From positions 127,162,001 to 127,226,000 of the forward strand of contig NC_042998.1 in NCBI RefSeq assembly GCF_006345805.1: DNA of 64,000 nt, in the 5' to 3' direction. The translations under genes were made by a program, and so were the position numbers. Each line of letters opens with the position of its first letter. Positions within the stretch are counted from its first letter, which is position 1. Below the pieces are notes generated by a model. It was not told the DNA's origin and did no database searches. It worked only from the letters and a program-made list of their open reading frames with translations. Source of the stretch: Octopus sinensis. Lineage: Eukaryota. Positions 56,724-64,000 of this stretch are shown piece after piece.

Positions 56724-58238
56724 TACTTTTAGTCTGCATGTTTGTTACAATCACTTGCCGATGCATACTCAGCAACCAAAAGCGAGTGACGCATAAGAAA
56801 TGTTACAGTATGACTGACGGCTTGGAGAAGGGGAGTGGCAGGGGCAGTAGCATAATATATTCATAATATACAACACAGGTATTTATATTGATACAGTTTT
56901 TCTAAGAATGTAGTCTGTACTTGTCAGCACAATCTTTTTGATGTCTGGTTTCCGATTCTCTAACCTGATGGTCGCATTGAATACATACCCAGCCTTTGCT
57001 TTCCTCAGAATCAATGTTAGTAGTATCATGCACAGTACAAAGATCAGTGAGGACTGGCAGTTCCCTCGAAAGATGCTTCTCATGATTTCTATTGTCTCTA
57101 AACTTCTTCTATATGCTGTCGGTTCAGCCCCCCCCCACCTCGCCATACTTTTTCCAAGCAATCGTTCAACATTCGATGCAATACCAAATAGGTTCATACT
57201 TACATAATTCAAGAACGTGGGATCATATCGTGTGCATTACGATAATCAATCTATGACATATCTAAGTTAGTTTTTTTCCTATTGCAGTCTCTAAGTACAG
57301 TTTTGTCTACCAGAGGTTGATACTTGCAACCGCTCTGCTCATGTAGTAGGACTCCATTTATTTCCAGATGTTCGTATATTGACTTATTCAAGTCAATAAT
57401 GTCCACATAAGTGACAAGGAAGATATCGGCTTGTAATTGTCTACTGTATTGCTTTTTTCGATGTTTTTCAGACAGAGCACTGTCCTACCCATTGTCAGAC
57501 ACTCTGGTGTTACTTGGTCGGCATTTAACAAGTTCTTGTGCTGCTAAGCTGTTCGTGCATGACATTCACCAAATCTTTTGATCCAGTAGCCTTGAACTCC
57601 ATCTGGTCCTGGGGCCTTCCTGTTGCCCATTTTTGCTGATTTCCTTCACTTCCCTAATTAAATTAATTAGTTCTGCCTGTTGTAGACAGACTACTGTTTG
57701 TTTCAGTTCTTGCAACCATTCAGTATCCTTCTTGTGCTCCCTCTCTTTGCTCCAGATGTCACTCCAAACCTTTGACTTTCAATATTATCCCGTAGCAACT
57801 TTTCGTCTGTACCACCTCCATTTATTTCTCTATAGAATCTCTTCTGACCTACTTTGAATAACCTATTCTGTTGGAATCCCTTCATTTTTGGTTGTATCTT
57901 ATCATGTTTTACTTTCCTTGCAACGAGGCGCTGTTTCAGCTCCTCCATTACCACTTTCAGGTCCTTTCTTCCAGTATCATACTTCCTTTTCAGTGCCCTG
58001 TATTTTTGTTCACTTTTAACCTCCCCCTTCTCTTTTCGGTCTAACACAGAAATGTCCTTCGAGAGCATATCTAAGTCCGCCTATATTCTCCTTTTCCACC
58101 ATGGATCTTTTCTTTTGTCACTCCCATTATATATTTTTTCTTGGCATCAACAACCATTATTTCAGCCAAAGGAGCTGAAGACTAACACTTTTCTTTTTGG
58201 TCAATTCCTAATCAACTTCTTCAAGTTTCACTTCTGTT
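56723..58238 (-). mobile_element. Second R4/Dong-clade element with two large internal deletions, own 3'UTR and (TAA)n tail
   Basis: KDPWWKRRI, QQNRLF, RKAPGPDG, NYKPIS, IDYRNAHD, then jumps into the RLE (CDH..NRKPDI) and again to KIVL..T.YILRK. Confidence 0.85.
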
Positions 58239-58284
58239 AAAATCAAAGGCCACAACAGCCACTGCCTGGTACTGCATCATGGCA

Positions 58285-58303
58285 TTGCTTATCATCATCA
58301 TCG

Positions 58304-58334
<31 letters not shown>

Positions 58335-58398
58335 TACCGTCATTGTCATCATCATCGTCATCATCATCATCATCACCACCACCAACACCACCACCACC

Positions 58399-58432
<34 letters not shown>

Positions 58433-58460
58433 TCATCATTATTAGTAGTAGTAGTAGTAT
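58285..58460. repeat. Compound (CAT)/(CAC)/(TAG) microsatellite
   Basis: Directly visible. Confidence 0.93.
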
Positions 58461-59060
58461 TCTTTCATTTCATTAATGAGAACACGCAGAAAAACACGAA
58501 ATGAGTTTAAAGAAATTGCTCTTTGTTTTATTTTCTATTTACGCGTTAAGGTTTGTTTTATTTTCGTTTCATAGCAAAGAATTTCACGAAATCAGGAAGA
58601 CAGCCTACGCATTATAGTAATATCATGAATTTTAACATTTTATCATTGATGCAGAAGATCATATGAACTATTCATTCATTTCTTTCTTCGACATTCATTT
58701 CTTTCTTCGACAAAACATGATTACATTTGATCAAGTAGATAAAGTTCGGTCTTACTGATCGAAAGCTGGAATATTCTTATTTACTGGATGCTTCTTGAAC
58801 GTTTCTCTAGTAATAAGTATTGTCTGTTTAGGCTGCTTAGTATACCTCGTAATAGTAAATATTTAAAATATAGTAGTAATACACGACAACAAGTAGATTT
58901 ATATATTATTTTCAATATTTTCCGGCGTAGTAAGAAGAAACTTTTCAGACGTGGCTGTGTAATAAGAATCTTGCTTCCCAACAACATGATTTCGGCCGAC
59001 TAGAGACTTGTCAGTGGACTTGAAACAGTCCGTCGTATATATATATATATATATATATAT

Positions 59061-61184
59061 ATTCATAATTAATCATATAGGGTGGTGAAAAAAATTTTGT
59101 AGAATTCTTTTTGCCACCAGCGGCCTAGTGGGAAAAAATTAAATAGTCATAGACCATTTTTAAGTTCAACATCAACAATCAAGGAACGGCCATAATAGGC
59201 CATTCACCCACTAGAAATAACAGCCAAAGCTTCAACCGCAAATAAAGATCAATTCCGTAAACAGGAGAAAATTTAAAAAAACATTTACCCTGTAATTTCT
59301 TGTACGATGCACCGTTTCGTCTGCTGTTTAATGGTAAACTAACCTGATTAAATTAAATCAAGCCAATCTTCCATAGGCCCTCAGATTCTTCAGCAAGAAA
59401 TAGCCAAGTCGGAACAGATATTTTCACGAGGCATTTCCGACCCTGCCAAGTTAATATCTGACCTAAAATTTTCAAATCGTCGCACTCGCGCCAAATTTAT
59501 CGGCAGCAAATAAATATAAGCCGTCGATTCCATTACGGAATTAACCAGAAAATTCATAATTAATCAATATAGGGTGGTGAAAAAAATTTTGTAGAATTCC
59601 TTTTGCCACCAGCGGCCTAGTGGGAAAAAATTAAATAGTCATAGACCATTTTTAAGTTCAACATCAACAATCAAGGAACGGCCATAATAGGCCATTCACC
59701 CACTAGAAATAACAGCCAAAGCTTCAACCGCAAATAAAGATCAATTCCGTAAACAGGAGAAAATTTAAAAAAACATTTACCCTGTAATTTCTTGTACGAT
59801 GCACCGTTTCGTCTGCTGTTTATGGTAAACTAACCTGATTAAATTAAATCAAGCCAATCTTCCATAGGCCCTCAGATTCTTCAGCAAGAAATAGCCAAGT
59901 CGGAACAGATATTTTCACGAGGCATTTCCGACCCTGCCAAGTTAATATCTGACCTAAAATTTTCAAATCGTCGCACTCGCGCACTCGCGCCAAATTTATC
60001 GGCAGCAAATAAATATAAGCCGTCGATTCCATTACGGAATTAACCAGAAAATTCATAATTAATCAATATAGGGTGGTGAAAAAAATTTTGTAGAATTCTT
60101 TTTGCCACCAGCGGCCTAGTGGGAAAAAATTAAATAGTCATAGACCATTTTTAAGTTCAACATCAACAATCAAGGAACGGCCATAATAGGCCATTCACCC
60201 ACTAGAAATAACAGCCAAACTTCAACCGCAAATAAAGATCAATTCCGTAAACAGGAGAAAATTTAAAAAAACATTTACCCTGTAATTTCTTGTACGATGC
60301 ACCGTTTCGTCTGCTGTTTAATGGTAACTAACCTGATTAAATTAAATCAAGCCAATCTTCCATAGGCCCTCAGATTCTTCAGCAAGAAATAGCCAGTCGG
60401 AACAGATATTTTCACGAGGCATTTCCGACCCTGCCAAGTTAATATCTGACCTAAAATTTTCAAATCGTCGCACTCGCGCCAAATTTATCGGCAGCAAATA
60501 AATATAAGCCGTGATTCCATTACGGAATTAACCAGAAAATTCATAATTAATCAATATAGGGTGGTGAAAAAAATTTTGTAGAATTCTTTTTGCCACCAGC
60601 GGCTAGTGGGAAAAAATTAAATAGTCATAGACCATTTTTAAGTTCAACATCAACAATCAAGGAACGGCCATAATAGGCCATTCACCCACTAGAAATAACA
60701 GCCAAAGCTTCAACCGCAAATAAAGATCAATTCCGTAAACAGGAGAAAATTTAAAAAAACATTTACCCTGTAATTTCTTGTACGATGCACCGTTTCGTCT
60801 GCTGTTTAATGCTGGTTAATTCCGTAATGGAATCGACGGCTTATATTTATTTGCTGCCGATAAATTTGGCGCGAGTGCGACGATTTGAAAATTTTAGGTC
60901 AGATATTAACTTGGCAGGGTCGGAAATGCCTCGTGAAAATATCTGTTCCGACTTGCTATTTCTTGCTGAAGAATCTGAGGGCCTATGGAAGATTGGCTTG
61001 ATTTAATTTAATCAGGTTAGTTTACCATTAAACAGCAGACGAAACGGTGCATCGTACAAGAAATTACAGGGTAAATGTTTTTTTAAATTTTCTCCTGTTT
61101 ACGGAATTGATCTTTATTTGCGGTTGAAGCTTTGGCTGTTATTTCTAGTGGGTGAATGGCCTATTATGGCCGTTCCTTGATTGT

Positions 61185-61189
<5 letters not shown>
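59061..61189. repeat. ~490-bp tandem array (3 full units + partial) followed by an inverted partial unit
   Basis: Units start at 59061, 59552, 60051 and 60539; orientation flips at ~60811; the inverted copy runs to 61189; (TA)n on both sides. Confidence 0.95.
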
Positions 61190-61254
<65 letters not shown>

Positions 61255-61257
61255 GTT

Positions 61258-61292
<35 letters not shown>

Positions 61293-62019
61293 GAGATAAC
61301 AAAGCCATGGCTGTGAGGCGTTTTCAGGACATTCATAAGGAAAGATGTATATATATATAGTCTTACAGCTGTTTCTGTGATGTGAGATGCTTAAATAGAG
61401 GTAAATATTTGAGTTTGAAATAAGGAAGTATTATGGAAAAGGAGGAGATAAGGAATATAGAGGGAAATAAGAGAATGAAAGTAAAAATAAAAATAAAATA
61501 TTGTAGTTTCAGTTTCATTATTCGAGTAAAGCGGTGTATAGAAGTGGTAAAAAAGTTTCCTCTATATGGTATACAAGTTTCAATAGTAGTTCATGTTTAG
61601 TAATTTCAAAATATAGAGTCGTGGATTCTGAGTTGCTCATTCGAAGGGGTGTTGCTGTGTGAATGAAAATTTTAAGAATGTATTGGTATTATTTGTGGAT
61701 AGATGGGTGAGGGGAGTTGTGTGTATGATTAGAATGAGGAGATAGGTCAAAATAAAACCAGGAAGAGAAAATGAGAGGAAGAAAGAAAGAAAAGAAGAAA
61801 AAATAGATTTTAAAATACGAAAAAACGAAAAATAAAATAAAAACAGAGAAAAAGAGAAAAATAGTGAATGGAGTGAAAAAGAGAAGTGAAGAAAGGGTGA
61901 AAGAAGTGAGGAAATGTATGATAGATGACGGTCAAGATAATATGAGGGGAAGATGGGACAGAAGTTGGGGAGGTGTGGATAGAAGAGATGAGAAGGTAAG
62001 GAATGTATAAGTTATATAT

Positions 62020-62073
<54 letters not shown>

Positions 62074-62074
<1 letters not shown>

Positions 62075-62687
62075 AAGAAGGTTTGGAAATGCAATTTGAA
62101 AGATGTTTATTCACTTGACCGGTTTCAATTTTTTAGAAAAAGATTGTCAAAAGTAAAATGTAAAGCTTTGTTAAAGCTTTGTTGTGTTAAGTACTGGTTG
62201 TCACAAAATATTACAATGCACTGTCCCTTAAAATAGTAAACAACCTTTAGCTTCACACAAACCGTAAAAAGTTAAAACAGATCAGTTCACCTTAAATTCT
62301 TTGTAAACTCCTAAATATATCTCCTTTTGTGTGTGTGTATATATATACATATATATACGACCACATATGACTGTTTTTGAACTAATACCTTTCTGTGTGT
62401 ATATATAGATACTTCCAAACAAACATGATTTTTAATGAAATCCTAATATATTTTTTGTAATTTTTGTTTAATATTTTCTCAAGATATTTCCTTGTAAACT
62501 GTTTTAAAGATTTTCTTATTATCATCAAAGAATGTATATATGTATTATAATATTTTGTGACAACCAGTACTTAACACAACAAAGGTTTTATAAAGCTCTA
62601 CATTTTATATTTGACAATCTTTTTCTAAAACAGTGAAACCGGTTAAGTGAATAAACATTTTAAAAATTGCATTTTCAAACCTTCTTT
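62074..62687. mobile_element. Fold-back/MITE-like element with 144-bp inverted arms
   Basis: 62074-62217 is the diverged reverse complement of 62544-62687 (shared TTGTTGTGTTAAGTACTGGTTGTCACAAAATATTA); TA repeats on both outer sides. Confidence 0.8.
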
Positions 62688-63119
62688 CATATATATTTCA
62701 ACACATTGGAAACTTCTACATTTGAGGTGTTGATGATAGAATGATTTTGAGGAGAACTGTGTTAGGAAGGAAAGTTGCGGATGTTTAGATAGAGTGTAGT
62801 AGGAGGAGAAAATGGATTTCAGGTTTAGGGTTTATAATAAAGCTGGTGATAGTAGTAGAGGTGGAAGTAATATGTGAATGATGACCCTTGTGATAGTTTG
62901 TATGAAGGCTATAGAGGTAAAGTTTGAAATCGTGAAAAGGTCTTGTTATTAATTGGGAGTAATGAGCTCTTAGCGTGTGGCATTTATGTATAGTTATGCC
63001 CTCTATATAATGTATATAAATATATTTAAGAGAAAGATTGATGATGCTTCCCCTTATGAGGTTTTTCACGTTAACTACTTGATAAATTCTTACAAATATT
63101 TTAACCTGTTTTTAAATTG

Positions 63120-63207
<88 letters not shown>

Positions 63208-64000
63208 TGTATGTATGTATGTATATGTATATATTTAATATTAATCTCAGGGAAGTTATTTCCGAGTACACAGGGGAGAGAAGTTCAATTTAGTGGTACT
63301 AAAATGAATCACTCACTGTATTATATACATATAAATAGATATGTTTAAGAGAAAGAATCACCATCAAGCAACTCAATCATCATTAAATGTGTACGCATAG
63401 GACTAAATATAGAAATTATCAAAATTTAATACCTACAATTCTTATTCCAAATTATCAAAATTAATACCTTTAATTCTTATTACAAATTATATACTTTACA
63501 TTATCTTGACTATGCGTGTTTCATGACAACATATTCCTCGATATTGCTGAAATAGAATGTCTCTATACAATACCATATTAAAACGGGTATATTGTCAATC
63601 TTCAGGTCTATCTTATATGAACTTAGTTTGCTATTTACATCGTATATTGAGACTTGACATTATATAACTAGAAGTTGTTGGAATAATTTTACTTTAGTAA
63701 ATAATGAACAGAAATTTCTCTTCATTCTCGAGAGTTGTTCATGGGTTAATATTTAAAATAACTAAAAGTTACAGGTTTAGGTCTCCCTGAACACTTACGT
63801 TTGCCTCTCTGTTTATACAGCATTCTACTTGCAGCACATTCACACACGAAAGTTTTACTAGACTCCACAATATCGACAGTAATGTTCTCGTTTAGTAGTG
63901 CGCCTAGTATATAAAAGTACTAGTAAGTAACACTAAGAGCTCCGACAGAGACAGAATACGCATGTAAAGGTTTATAATTTTTCATTATGTTTCGTACCAT

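Noticed and set aside
59061-59551. Tandem unit as a 5S rRNA, snRNA or tRNA gene repeat, or mitochondrial insert
   Set aside because: No recognisable RNA-gene sequence, Pol III boxes or mitochondrial coding signature.
61300-61800. Decayed Penelope-like end on the minus strand (GAAACAGCTGTA palindromic stem III)
   Set aside because: The CUGANGA half is missing and no convincing GIY-YIG translation was obtained.

Overview
AT-rich (roughly 30-35% GC, estimated by eye), microsatellite-dense metazoan DNA with no confidently identifiable host gene. The repeat content resembles octopus genomes (inference from recalled SINE sequences, not a database hit). Supported contents: (1) two clusters of R4/Dong-clade non-LTR retrotransposon pieces (20.4-24.8 kb and 47.9-58.5 kb), mostly embedded in AAT/GAT trinucleotide tracts, including a ~3.6 kb near-complete RT + CCHC + restriction-like endonuclease copy; (2) a 5'-truncated Penelope-like element of the Naiad type (RT + GIY-YIG) with a degenerate type I hammerhead ribozyme at its 3' end and an inverted 54-bp duplication at its 5' junction; (3) a full-length 1,287-bp irritans-type mariner (DD34D, 37-bp TIRs, TA TSD) and a 204-bp mariner derivative; (4) many copies of one tRNA-derived SINE, several as multimers with a recurring junction and a single flanking TSD; (5) a CORE-type SINE and non-autonomous Helitron-like elements; (6) several fold-back inverted repeats anchored on microsatellites; (7) a ~490-bp tandem array with a terminal inversion. 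The most promising leads are the hammerhead, the fixed-junction SINE multimers, the nested R4/Dong array with a possible TAA-tailed non-coding partner, and a 30-bp motif recurring at ~312-bp spacing. Most ORF-track entries are microsatellite translations. Many frameshifts are single-base homopolymer deletions and may be assembly errors.
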